From assembly GCA_002305475.1 (NCBI GenBank), contig DBRB01000016.1, forward strand, positions 14,002-78,001: a stretch of 64,000 bases of DNA, given 5' to 3'. Positions within the stretch are counted from its first letter, which is position 1; each line of letters opens with the position of its first letter. Below are positions 37,005 through 46,631 of this stretch, in pieces. The position numbers and the translations under genes are program-made. The DNA is from a candidate division WWE3 bacterium UBA1379. GTDB lineage: Bacteria > Patescibacteriota > WWE3 > UBA101185 > UBA10185. Under the pieces are notes generated by a model. It ran no database searches and was not told the DNA's origin. It was given only the letters and a program-made list of their open reading frames with translations.

Positions 37005-38006
37005 TTAATAGTCCAATAGGTGGTGGACAACATTTACACCCAGACTGGCAAACCCGTGATCCAGCATTAAAATCATATCTCCTTTCCTATCTATACTATT
37101 AAGAACCACACCAACTACATCCTTACCCTCATTGCTGGCATATGTGATCAGACATAAACCGGCTTCCTCCGTGTACCCGGTTTTTACTCCAGCTACTCCC
37201 GGATATGTGGTTAATAAATTAGTCTGATTCTGCAAATAAAGATATTTATGAGTATTCCCTGATATTTCATATTCATATGTTTTAACTATTTCTTTAAAGA
37301 GGGGGTTTTTTAATGCATATCTGGTTAATCTGATCAGATCTGACGGTGTGCTGTATGTACGGTCATCTAATCCGCTGGGATCCGCATAATAAGTGTCATT
37401 CATTCCCAACTCTTCCGCTTTAATATTCATCCATTCTACAAAACGATCCGCATCACCTGCCGTTCCCTCCGCTATAGCATATGCTGCGTCATTTCCCGAG
37501 TGCATCACCAGCCCATATAACAATTCCTCCAGAGTATATACTTCCCCTTCGCTTATCCCCATTGAGTTTTCTCCGATTCCGGCTGCCTTTGCACTGATAT
37601 AAAATTTATCTTCCGGTTTTTTATGTTCTAAGGCTACGACTGCTGTCATCACTTTAGTGAGACTGGCAATTTTTCTTTTTTCAAAAGCATTCTTTTCAAA
37701 TAATACTTTTCCTGAATTAATATCTACCAACATTCCAGAAGCACCGATTATTTCCGGTTGGTTTGCCGTTCCAAAATGCTCCCCAAACTGCCATGTTGTA
37801 TCTGGTTCGAAATAGTTAAGCAAAGTTTTATCGTAATGTTCCCTACTGCTTCCCTTCAACAAAGTGACAAACCCTGCAACAAAATCGGATGGGTTTTTAT
37901 TGTTACGATTTACCAGAAAATTACAAAACACAGATGCAAGCATGAGTAAAAATGCAAGACAAATCAGGAAAAAAACAAGTTTTACGGGTTTGTGTTCATT
38001 AGACAT
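37005..38006 (-). CDS. D-alanyl-D-alanine carboxypeptidase (peptidase S11)
   Basis: ASLTK (SxxK), SGN (SxN), KTG; N-terminal TM. Confidence 0.93.
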   Translation of the reverse strand: MSNEHKPVKLVFFLICLAFLLMLASVFCNFLVNRNNKNPSDFVAGFVTLLKGSSREHYDKTLLNYFEPDTTWQFGEHFGTANQPEIIGASGMLVDINSGKVLFEKNAFEKRKIASLTKVMTAVVALEHKKPEDKFYISAKAAGIGENSMGISEGEVYTLEELLYGLVMHSGNDAAYAIAEGTAGDADRFVEWMNIKAEELGMNDTYYADPSGLDDRTYSTPSDLIRLTRYALKNPLFKEIVKTYEYEISGNTHKYLYLQNQTNLLTTYPGVAGVKTGYTEEAGLCLITYASNEGKDVVGVVLNSIDRKGDMILMLDHGFASLGVNVVHHLLDY

Positions 38007-38079
38007 AGAAAAGCAAATTTTATGCTATCATATTATCGAAACCCAGTGTATAAGTTTCCTAGCTTAGGAGGCAAAAAAA

Positions 38080-38343
38080 ATGATTCAATTACTAGACTTT
38101 TATGCTGATTGGTGCGGACCTTGCCAGGTAATGAAACCAATCTTTAAAGAAGTGGAGAAAGAGTATGAAGGCAGGGTGGAATTTAAACAGATTGACGTTG
38201 AAGCGGAAGGTGCACTAGCACAGGAGTTTGGAGTCATGAGCATTCCAACCTTTGTCATTATAAAAGAAGGAAAAGAAGTATCCCGAAAGCTGGGAGCAAT
38301 GCCTAAAGATGTGCTAAAAAGCTGGATTGATGCACATCTCTAA
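38080..38343 (+). CDS. trxA: Thioredoxin
   Basis: DFYADWCGPC, SIPT; SD AGGAGG. Confidence 0.93.
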   Translation: MIQLLDFYADWCGPCQVMKPIFKEVEKEYEGRVEFKQIDVEAEGALAQEFGVMSIPTFVIIKEGKEVSRKLGAMPKDVLKSWIDAHL

Positions 38344-38349
38344 AAAATT

Positions 38350-39360
38350 ATGACTGCCCGAATAGCAATAAACGGTTTTGGTCGAATCGGCCGAGCCTCA
38401 TATAAAATAGCATTTGATAAACCCGACGTGGAAATTGTTGCCATTAATGATCTTACATCCCCGGAAATTCTTGTTCACCTATTAAAATATGATTCTGCAT
38501 ACGGAAGATATGGAAAGGATATTCGTTTGGAGGGTAATACCCTGGTTGTTAACGGGAAAAAGACTGTAATCACCGCAGAAAAAGATCCAGAAAAACTTCC
38601 CTGGAAAGATTTAAATGTGGATGTCGTTTTGGAATGTACAGGCAGGTTCACTCAGGATGATGCTGCCGTTGCACATATCAGAGCAGGAGCAAAAAAAGTT
38701 ATTGTCTCCGCTCCCACAAAAGGCGGGGAAACCCAGACATTTCTTAGGGGAGTAAATGATGAGCAGTACCTTGGTCAGAATGTAATTTCCAATGCATCGT
38801 GTACAACCAACTGTATTTCTCCCGTTGTGGCAGCCATACATGAAAAATTCAAGATAGTAAAATCAATCATGACTACAGTTCATGCTATTACTGCAGAACA
38901 GAATCTGGTAGACGGACCTCCACCTCCTTTGCACCCTGATTTAAGAAGAGCAAGAGCAGCCGGATACAATATGGTTCCTACTACTACCGGAGCAGCAAAA
39001 GCCACCACTTCTGTTATTCCAGAACTTAAAGGTTTATTTGACGGAATTTCCATCAGGGTACCTATTATTACGGGCTCTATTTCCGATATCACCATGCTCG
39101 TATCCAGAAAAACCACAGTGGAAGAGATAAACCAAGCATTAACCGAAGCAGCGGCAAATCCCAGATACAAAAACGTGATGACAGTCACTAACGAACCAAT
39201 CGTCTCTTCCGATATTGTTGGGTCACCTTTTTCAGCCATCTGTGATTTAAGCATGACCAAAGTTGTAGACGGAGATCTGGTGAAAGTACTGGCTTGGTAT
39301 GACAATGAATGGGGATACAGCAACAGACTGGTGGAAATGGCCCTTTTAGCTGCAGAATAA
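38350..39360 (+). CDS. gap: Type I glyceraldehyde-3-phosphate dehydrogenase
   Basis: INGFGRIGR, SNASCTTNC, WYDNEWGYS. Confidence 0.98.
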   Translation: MTARIAINGFGRIGRASYKIAFDKPDVEIVAINDLTSPEILVHLLKYDSAYGRYGKDIRLEGNTLVVNGKKTVITAEKDPEKLPWKDLNVDVVLECTGRFTQDDAAVAHIRAGAKKVIVSAPTKGGETQTFLRGVNDEQYLGQNVISNASCTTNCISPVVAAIHEKFKIVKSIMTTVHAITAEQNLVDGPPPPLHPDLRRARAAGYNMVPTTTGAAKATTSVIPELKGLFDGISIRVPIITGSISDITMLVSRKTTVEEINQALTEAAANPRYKNVMTVTNEPIVSSDIVGSPFSAICDLSMTKVVDGDLVKVLAWYDNEWGYSNRLVEMALLAAE

Positions 39361-39408
39361 TCTTTTTTTAATACTTCACTCAAATCAGACAAGTGTTAAA
39401 ATCATAGT

Positions 39409-40383
39409 ATGAATTCAATCAGCGCTGCCCCAATACTGAGAGGAACTCGTGTTCTAGTTCGCTGTGATATTGATGTACCGATTAAAGACGGGATAATTGA
39501 AGAAACATACAGACTCGACTCACTTTTACCTACTCTCAATTTTTTAAAAAAGAAAGAAGCAAAAATTATTATTGCCGGGCATATGGGAAAACCCAAAGGA
39601 ACACCCGATCCGACCCTAAGCACCCAACTGCTTCAACCCTATTTTGAGGAAAAGCTTGGTAAGTGGAATTTTGAATTATGGGAAAACTTACGCTTTGATC
39701 CCCAGGAGGAAGCAAACGATCCGGAATTTGCCCAAAAACTTGCTCAAAATGCGGATGTATTTGTTAATGAAAGTTTTGCTACTTGCCATAGAAAACATGC
39801 ATCCATAGTTCAGATACCTAAATTTCTCCCCTCATATGCCGGATTTAGACTGGAAGAAGAAGTATCCACACTCTCTAAAATATTAAAAGATCCTCAAAGA
39901 CCATTAATCACTATCATTGGCGGAATTAAAATTGAAAGCAAGCTGCCGGTTATTAACAAGTTTCTGGAAGTATCGGATGCGGTATTAATCGGAGGACGGC
40001 TGGGTTTGGAATGGAAAGATCAGACCCCCGATAAACTATTTCTTCCAAAAGATTATGCTAATAATAGTAAAGACATCGGTCAAAAGACAATTGAAGGGTA
40101 TAGGGAAATTATCCATACGGCAAAAACCATTCTCTGGGCGGGGCCTATGGGCGCCTATGAAGAACCGGAATTTTCTATGGGAACGGAAGAAATTGCCAGA
40201 GCTGTTGTAAATTCTGCCGCCTATTCCGTAATCGGGGGAGGAGATACCATTGCCGCTGTTAATAAGATTGGTATCATGGAAAACTTCGATTTTGCATCTA
40301 CTGGTGGTGGTGCTATGCTAGAATTCCTTGTCAAAGGAACATTACCCGGACTGGAAGTATTAGGCTACCAGCCGAATCAGTAA
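39409..40383 (+). CDS. pgk: Phosphoglycerate kinase (compact, 324 aa)
   Basis: VLVRCDIDVP, HMGKPKG, ENLRF, GGGDT, STGGGAMLEF. Confidence 0.92.
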   Translation: MNSISAAPILRGTRVLVRCDIDVPIKDGIIEETYRLDSLLPTLNFLKKKEAKIIIAGHMGKPKGTPDPTLSTQLLQPYFEEKLGKWNFELWENLRFDPQEEANDPEFAQKLAQNADVFVNESFATCHRKHASIVQIPKFLPSYAGFRLEEEVSTLSKILKDPQRPLITIIGGIKIESKLPVINKFLEVSDAVLIGGRLGLEWKDQTPDKLFLPKDYANNSKDIGQKTIEGYREIIHTAKTILWAGPMGAYEEPEFSMGTEEIARAVVNSAAYSVIGGGDTIAAVNKIGIMENFDFASTGGGAMLEFLVKGTLPGLEVLGYQPNQ

Positions 40384-40385
40384 TT

Positions 40386-40685
40386 ATGCCAAAATATCTG
40401 AAAATATCATTTCCTCAAAAATGTATAGGCTGTGAACTTTGTGTGGCGGAAACCCAAAGGCAGCTAAAAAAAGTAGGTCTGGAAGGAGCCTTAATCCGGG
40501 TTTTTAAACAAAGCAACGAAAGCTTCGGAATCGGCACTGATCGGAATTTTGAGGAAGAACTGACCTTTACTATTCAAATTGATCCAACAGTAAATAAACT
40601 GAATATTCAAAAAATCAGGGATATTTGCCCTACCGGTGTTTTTACCATTCAGGAGGAGGAAGAAGATGGTGGACTCGTTAGCTAA
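40386..40685 (+). CDS. 4Fe-4S ferredoxin-like protein (one intact cluster)
   Basis: KCIGCELC and ICPTGV. Confidence 0.75.
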   Translation: MPKYLKISFPQKCIGCELCVAETQRQLKKVGLEGALIRVFKQSNESFGIGTDRNFEEELTFTIQIDPTVNKLNIQKIRDICPTGVFTIQEEEEDGGLVS

Positions 40686-41535
40686 ACATGTATTGTATAT
40701 TGATCTCTCCCGAAAAGAATTCGGTCTGAAACATGAAACAGGTCTTAAAAAATATCTGGGAGGGGTAGGAACAGGACTGCGTCTCTTAGCAGATAATCTT
40801 GAACGTTATCCGGTTGTCTTTTCCGTAGGTCCTTTAAACGGATTTTTTCCCTTCTGTTCAAAAACCTCCGTTGTTTTGGATGACAATGGAGTCATTGAAG
40901 ACATATATATCGGAGGATCTCTTTCCTCCAGAATCAGATTTGCTGGACTGGATAATATTGTATTTCTGGGAAAGTCAAAAACACCGGTTACAGTGGAAAT
41001 CCACAACGAACAGGTGATTTTCCGTGACATTAATATTGACCTGGGATCGTTAGGTCTGCCCGGAAAAAGAAGTGTTTTGTATTTTAATAAAGAAAGAGAA
41101 CTTTTTACTGTCGATCGATATTTCTCTCCCCCGGAAAGAATCCTGGAAAACAAATTACTGAGTAAAAATCTGGTAAATATTGTCATTACCGGTTCAAAAA
41201 CCTATGAAATCAAAGATCCTGAAAAATATGAAGAACTTTATAAAAAAGTGCTTGCGCAGACTAATCAGATGACGGTAGAAAAAGGAAGCAATCCTTCCTG
41301 TGTGGGATGTCCGATGGGTTGTTCAAAATCAAAAATCGGAGAGATAGGCGGGAATATTCTCACCCACAGTCTGGTTGCCTGTCAGTATGCAGAAAAAATC
41401 TTTTCTGATGTCGGAGTTACCTTTTCATGTCTGAACATTTTAGGTTATGATTATACTCACGAGGATATTGAAAATACTACAAAACTAATTGAATTAACTA
41501 TGAAAGAACTGGAACAGGATCCGCAAAGATTATAG
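40666..41535 (+). CDS. Truncated aldehyde:ferredoxin oxidoreductase (AOR/GOR family) protein
   Basis: VLYIDLS..YLGGVG.G..VGPLNGFFP..SKT..GG..RFAGLD (AFOR N domain) and CVGCPMGC; SD AGGAGG supports ATG 40666. Confidence 0.8.
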   Translation: MVDSLAKHVLYIDLSRKEFGLKHETGLKKYLGGVGTGLRLLADNLERYPVVFSVGPLNGFFPFCSKTSVVLDDNGVIEDIYIGGSLSSRIRFAGLDNIVFLGKSKTPVTVEIHNEQVIFRDINIDLGSLGLPGKRSVLYFNKERELFTVDRYFSPPERILENKLLSKNLVNIVITGSKTYEIKDPEKYEELYKKVLAQTNQMTVEKGSNPSCVGCPMGCSKSKIGEIGGNILTHSLVACQYAEKIFSDVGVTFSCLNILGYDYTHEDIENTTKLIELTMKELEQDPQRL

Positions 41536-41546
41536 AAAAAAATAAT

Positions 41547-42188
41547 ATGAAATATGCTGTTGCGAATTGGAAAATGAATATGGATCTTAAGGACATTCAA
41601 AACTGGTTGCAGGCATTTGAAAAATACAGCAACGACAAAGCAATTATGGAAAAGGTAATTCTTTCCCCATCACATCCCTATCTCTATCTTACACATCAGG
41701 CAGGATTTAAAACAGCAGCCCAGGATGTTTCATTAATCGATGAAGGTGCTCATACCGGTGAAACAGGAGGATTTCAACTAAAAAATTTCTGTTCATACTG
41801 TATCGTAGGACACAGTGAAAGACAGGAAAGTTTTGATGTGGTGCTGGACAAAAGAGATCAATGTCTGAAAAACGGCATTACACCGATTGTCTGTTTTACT
41901 GAAACAGACAATGCAATCAATTATTACACTCAAGGGGTGCTTCTGGCATGGGAAGACCCTTCTAATATTTCAGTTAACGGAGTCTATCGGGCAAAAGATC
42001 CGCAGGAAATACGCACGAATGTTAATGTGATTAAAGCTACTCTGCCAGCAGGAGTGGAGCTTATATACGGAGGATCAATTAATAGACAAAATATCGGTGA
42101 ATTATGTATGATTATAGGATTGGACGGTGTTCTTGTAGGAAATGCCAGTTTAGACCCGCAGCATTTTTATGAAATATGTAAACATTAA
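41547..42188 (+). CDS. tpiA: Triosephosphate isomerase (divergent)
   Basis: ANWKMN, GAHTGE, VGHSERQ, YGGS, DGVLVGNASL. Confidence 0.9.
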   Translation: MKYAVANWKMNMDLKDIQNWLQAFEKYSNDKAIMEKVILSPSHPYLYLTHQAGFKTAAQDVSLIDEGAHTGETGGFQLKNFCSYCIVGHSERQESFDVVLDKRDQCLKNGITPIVCFTETDNAINYYTQGVLLAWEDPSNISVNGVYRAKDPQEIRTNVNVIKATLPAGVELIYGGSINRQNIGELCMIIGLDGVLVGNASLDPQHFYEICKH

Positions 42189-43302
42189 CCAAAGAACTGA
42201 AACCGTGCGGACTACCCCAAAGAAGAAAAGCAATAAATGGAAATGGGGGATGTTTGCGGCTGTTTTTATTATCGTAGCTGGAGTAGTTCTTTTTATCAAC
42301 CAGAAATCCACGGCCATTTTTAATCCCATATCAATAGTTGCCAACGTATCTTCCGCATCATTAAAGGAAACAGATGGAAGAACCAATATCCTGATTTTAG
42401 GATCAGACAAGCGTTCGGTAGGAAATGTCTATTCCGTTCTTACCGATACCATCATTGTTGCTTCCATAGGCAGAGTGGACAACGATGTGGTTCTGATCTC
42501 ACTTCCCCGTGATTTATGGGTCAACGGACCAAAAGGTTTTTCTAAGATTAATGCCGTATATACATACGGACAGGTGAAAAATGAAGGAGCACAGGATCTG
42601 GAAACTGTTGTGGAAAATGTCCTGGGTATACCTATTCATTATTATGTGGTGGTTGATTTCAATATCTTTAAAGAAACCATAGATGTACTGGGAGGTATCA
42701 ATGTAAATGTGGAAACTGCATTTGAAGACTATGAATACCCGATTGAAGGAAATGAGGATAATTCCTGCGGCAGAACACCAGAAGATGCGGAAAAAATGAT
42801 GGAAGAAGGAAGGCCTTTGTATCAGATTTATCCCTGCAGATACGAACATCTTTCTTTTACGGTGGGCGAACAGGTAATGAACGGAGAAACTGCCTTAAAA
42901 TTCTCTCGATCTAGACACGGAAACAACAATGAAGGAACAGACTTTGCCAGGGCAAAAAGGCAGCAGAAAGTTATTCTGGCTGTAAAAGAAAAAGCCATGT
43001 CCGCCGGTACTTTATTCAATCCGGTCAAACTTAAGGAGCTTTATGAAACTTACTCTAAAAACATAGATACTAATATTGGTCTGTCGGATGTTCAAGGTTT
43101 TTATCAGTTATCCCAACAGGCGGATTTTAATAACATCAGATCCATAGTACTGGATGACAGAAGCTCCGCAGAAGTAGGCGGTCTTTTGTATGCTCCTACA
43201 GACAGAAGTTTATACGGCGGTGCCTATGTTCTGATACCCAGAGCAGGTGATTTTACTCAGATGCATGCTTACGTACAAAAATATCTGTTCGGAGAGTTGT
43301 AG
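42169..43302 (+). CDS. LCP (LytR-CpsA-Psr) family phosphotransferase
   Basis: NILILGSD, TDTII, SLPRDLW, KINA, RSRH..DFARAKRQQ. Confidence 0.93.
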   Translation: MKYVNINQRTETVRTTPKKKSNKWKWGMFAAVFIIVAGVVLFINQKSTAIFNPISIVANVSSASLKETDGRTNILILGSDKRSVGNVYSVLTDTIIVASIGRVDNDVVLISLPRDLWVNGPKGFSKINAVYTYGQVKNEGAQDLETVVENVLGIPIHYYVVVDFNIFKETIDVLGGINVNVETAFEDYEYPIEGNEDNSCGRTPEDAEKMMEEGRPLYQIYPCRYEHLSFTVGEQVMNGETALKFSRSRHGNNNEGTDFARAKRQQKVILAVKEKAMSAGTLFNPVKLKELYETYSKNIDTNIGLSDVQGFYQLSQQADFNNIRSIVLDDRSSAEVGGLLYAPTDRSLYGGAYVLIPRAGDFTQMHAYVQKYLFGEL

Positions 43303-43323
43303 TCCAACTGGTAAAATTGATCT

Positions 43324-43956
43324 ATGGTTTACCTGGTACATGGTGAAAATTATTCCTATTCCCGAAAAATTATCAGCAGTCAGCAGAAAAAACTCGGAGT
43401 GGAAACAAAAACGGAGGTAGATCTAGAGGATGTTACCCCCGAACAGTTAAAAGCACTCTGCACCTCCTTTGATATATTCGGAACTCCTCCGTTTATCGTT
43501 TTTAATATCAGTAAAGCAGGGAGACAAAATCTTGAGCCTTATACAAAGATCATTACCGATGTTCCTCAAGAAACTACACTAATAATTTTATCCTCCAAGG
43601 ATTTAAGCAGTACCAATATATTTGTCAAAGAAGCAAAGAATTTGGGAATAAATGTAGTCAGAAATCAGAAAATACCCGAGTCGAATATATTCAGATTTAT
43701 TGATGCACTATACAAAGGAAACCGTCTTCTTACATATAAGGAGTTGTCAAAATTGATTAAGGAGGATCAGGATCCCTTCTATATCTTTTCCATGATCCTT
43801 TACGGAGCAAGAAAAAATGCTTCCTCAATCGGAGAAGAAAAAACAAAACAGCTCTTTCTTGACTTATACAATACGGACAAGATATTAAAAACAGGGGGAA
43901 TAGACCCGGAAATTGCTATTCCCTACACTGTAGAAAAAGTATTTGGATATGTCTAA
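43324..43956 (+). CDS. holA: DNA polymerase III delta subunit-like (short HolA)
   Basis: VYLVHGEN start, NIFRFIDAL, D..LKTG C-terminus. Confidence 0.6.
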   Translation: MVYLVHGENYSYSRKIISSQQKKLGVETKTEVDLEDVTPEQLKALCTSFDIFGTPPFIVFNISKAGRQNLEPYTKIITDVPQETTLIILSSKDLSSTNIFVKEAKNLGINVVRNQKIPESNIFRFIDALYKGNRLLTYKELSKLIKEDQDPFYIFSMILYGARKNASSIGEEKTKQLFLDLYNTDKILKTGGIDPEIAIPYTVEKVFGYV

Positions 43957-44680
43957 ATTCCGCCCGCATAAATACATTAAAGATGATTCATTCGATCCGT
44001 TTTACAGTGAAGTAAACTGGAGGTTTTTACTAAGAAGCAGACTTCTTTCAATATTTCTGATCATTTTCAGTTTCCTTATTAGTATTACCCAGATTGTTAT
44101 TCCAGTTTACCTGTTGGGAACTATGGATTCGGTTTCCTCCCAGGTGGAAAAAAGTATCCTAGGGGTTGCAGGTGGTTTTGGGAAATTTGAATTCAGGGAG
44201 CTAAAAAAGACAAACATAAAGCGGGAAACGGAAACTTCGGTTGTCTCTCCATATTTTTATCTGACCATTGATAAATTAAGAATTAAAAATGCCACCGTAG
44301 AAATCAATGCAGCAGATCTGAATCCGGATGACATGCTGGGACACTATACCGGCACCAGTCTACCGGGTGAAAAAGGAAATATGTTTATTTACGGTCATTC
44401 CGTCCTTCCTATGTTTTACAATCCCAGAAACTATAAAACCATCTTTTCAACACTGGGGGATTTGGAAATCGGTGATGAGTTAAATATTACTTATAACGGG
44501 ATTGCTTATAAATACAAAATTGACAGTAAGATTATCATGGACCCGGTAAAAGTAGATCCTTTGGCACCGGTCAAACCAGCCTATCTTAATGAAGAAACAA
44601 TTACTCTTATGACATGCTGGCCGGCAGGATCAAAAAGCAAACGACTGCTGGTTAATGCGGTAAGAGTAAATGAGTATTAA
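43943..44680 (+). CDS. Sortase
   Basis: PGEKGN.FIYGHS, TLMTCWP, KRL (His-Cys-Arg triad); N-terminal TM. Confidence 0.92.
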   Translation: MDMSKFRPHKYIKDDSFDPFYSEVNWRFLLRSRLLSIFLIIFSFLISITQIVIPVYLLGTMDSVSSQVEKSILGVAGGFGKFEFRELKKTNIKRETETSVVSPYFYLTIDKLRIKNATVEINAADLNPDDMLGHYTGTSLPGEKGNMFIYGHSVLPMFYNPRNYKTIFSTLGDLEIGDELNITYNGIAYKYKIDSKIIMDPVKVDPLAPVKPAYLNEETITLMTCWPAGSKSKRLLVNAVRVNEY

Positions 44681-45120
44681 AAGTCTTTAGTAGCTTCCTT
44701 TTCAAAGAGTAATAATGCTTTCTTCCTGGGAGATGTGATCAAAAAGTATATACCTCCCAAAAATACAACGGCTGAAAGAAATGCCATATATGTCAGGGTG
44801 GAATCGCCTGTATCAGGTACTGTGCTTTGTGTTGTTTCAGGAATATCTGCACTTCCTAAAACAACCGGTACTTCCTCATTCAGTTCCTGCTGAACAAGAA
44901 CTGCAAAAGGACCTTTCTCCTCAGTATCAGTCACAAACGCTTCGGATTCCTGAGCAGGCTCTGCCGGCTGCACCGATACAGACTCTTCAACTTCCTCGAT
45001 ACCCGTTACACTCGTTGAATCGGTTGCCAGATAGTAGACAAAGGAGAATACCACTAAAGTAATAGATAATGTAATTAGGAAAGTTTTAAATCCGTTTTTA
45101 GCAACTGTAGAATTATTCAT
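44677..45120 (-). CDS. Small surface protein with sortase-type sorting signal (VPDTG + TM + basic tail)
   Basis: N-terminal TM, acidic linker, VPDTG at 44806-44820, TM, RKK. Confidence 0.75.
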   Translation of the reverse strand: MNNSTVAKNGFKTFLITLSITLVVFSFVYYLATDSTSVTGIEEVEESVSVQPAEPAQESEAFVTDTEEKGPFAVLVQQELNEEVPVVLGSADIPETTQSTVPDTGDSTLTYMAFLSAVVFLGGIYFLITSPRKKALLLFEKEATKDF

Positions 45121-45751
45121 GAGCAGGTTTTAGTTCTTTCAATAAAAACTCTGTATCTATTTTAGCATTAGTAGATCCCTCAAAGTCAAGAGGATCCCTG
45201 ATCAGATCATCCAGATAATATATCTTCACACTTATATCCATTAGATATGATATATCCTTGTTATCTTCAGCCTTAACTTCTAAAATATCGGATAAACGCG
45301 AGGTGTTTTCCAGAGCAAAAACTACTTCCGGCAGTTTTTCTACATCTCCTAAAAGCCTGATACGAACAGTTACGGATTCTTTATCTGGATAATCAACTAT
45401 AAAATCATAAAGAAGTATGTTATAAGAGGAAAATATGGAGCTGGTTTCGCGCAGATACTCCTGAACCAGCGGCGTCTGCGGAATAGCAATATTAATCCTA
45501 TCCAGGATCGGACTCAGTCTGCTTAACTCGGCATCCATATCAATCAATGAAAATTTTTTCTTTTCCAGCTCGTTAACTTCCGATTCCAATAGGGAAATTT
45601 CCGATTTCTTTTCCGTATATGCCGCCATTGCCAGATGCATCCCAAAAAATCCGAATACCAATAAATCTATGAAAGCCAAAACCAGATAAAAACGTAAAGC
45701 CTTTCTTGGTTCAGATAAATATTTGAGTTTTAAAAAATCCAGTACTTGCAT
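45113..45751 (-). CDS. PilO-like type IV pilus alignment protein
   Basis: TM, coiled coil, AIP..P, LENTSRL..I ferredoxin-like fold pattern. Confidence 0.6.
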   Translation of the reverse strand: MQVLDFLKLKYLSEPRKALRFYLVLAFIDLLVFGFFGMHLAMAAYTEKKSEISLLESEVNELEKKKFSLIDMDAELSRLSPILDRINIAIPQTPLVQEYLRETSSIFSSYNILLYDFIVDYPDKESVTVRIRLLGDVEKLPEVVFALENTSRLSDILEVKAEDNKDISYLMDISVKIYYLDDLIRDPLDFEGSTNAKIDTEFLLKELKPAHE

Positions 45752-45753
45752 TT

Positions 45754-46359
45754 CTATCTATAACGGACAACTAGTTCAATTTCATATATATTCTGGGTCA
45801 TAACAAGATTTGCGGAAAGAATCGACACTTCCTGGGCAAAATCGTCCTTTAATACATTGGTAATGAAAGAAGCAACATTCAGGGGTCCGGGAGACAGCAG
45901 AATCAGGGAAGCGGTTTTTCCCTGAACCATCTCGTTTTTTATTGACACACCTTCCGGAAGTGACTTGATTATTGAATCCAGCATTGCAGGTGCATAATGT
46001 TCTTTTTCATTAACCTGTTTTAGAATTTGTTCTCTTAAAACTACGGAAGTATGTATTGCTTGTACATCCGGATAAACAAACAGTTCATCGGTCAGAACGT
46101 TTTTATCATCTTCCAAAGCCATAATCTTTCTATCCAAGGCGTCATTTAAAGCCAGCATGAAAAAAAATACACCTGGCAGTATTAATATAAAAAGCTTTAA
46201 TATCAGGGTAGCTTTATTTACAAAACTGTAACTTTCAAAAAAATCGTCTTTAAAGGATTCTAAAAGATTAGGACTAGTATTGGATTCCTCAGGGGAACTA
46301 TCAGGATTTTGAGGTTGCTCGTTTAGATTCTTTTGAATGGGCAGCAATTTTTCTAGCAT
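45754..46359 (-). CDS. PilN-like type IV pilus alignment protein
   Basis: TM, coiled coil, LPEGVSI motif; directly upstream of the PilO-like gene. Confidence 0.55.
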   Translation of the reverse strand: MLEKLLPIQKNLNEQPQNPDSSPEESNTSPNLLESFKDDFFESYSFVNKATLILKLFILILPGVFFFMLALNDALDRKIMALEDDKNVLTDELFVYPDVQAIHTSVVLREQILKQVNEKEHYAPAMLDSIIKSLPEGVSIKNEMVQGKTASLILLSPGPLNVASFITNVLKDDFAQEVSILSANLVMTQNIYEIELVVRYR

Positions 46360-46600
46360 AGCGAGATTTTAGCCTATTTGCTTTATTCTTGTGAATAGAC
46401 TTGGTCTTGGCAGCTTTATCAACGGCTTTCTGCAGTTGTATCTGCTCTTTTTGTAGTATATCAGTAGAAACTCCTTTAGTCTCCAGTTTTTTCACCAGGG
46501 ATTTGGAAAGAGTTTTCACTTTACGTCTCCAAAAAAGATTTTGAGATCTTTTCTTGAGTGATTGTCTATTTGCTTTTTCTGCTGATTTTGTATTCGCCAT
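46301..46600 (-). CDS. rpsT: 30S ribosomal protein S20
   Basis: MANTKSAEK..DKAAK..IHKNKANRLKSR; start at ATG 46600. Confidence 0.93.
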   Translation of the reverse strand: MANTKSAEKANRQSLKKRSQNLFWRRKVKTLSKSLVKKLETKGVSTDILQKEQIQLQKAVDKAAKTKSIHKNKANRLKSRYARKIAAHSKESKRATSKS

Positions 46601-46631
46601 ATCGCCGGCATATGATAACATACAATCTGTA

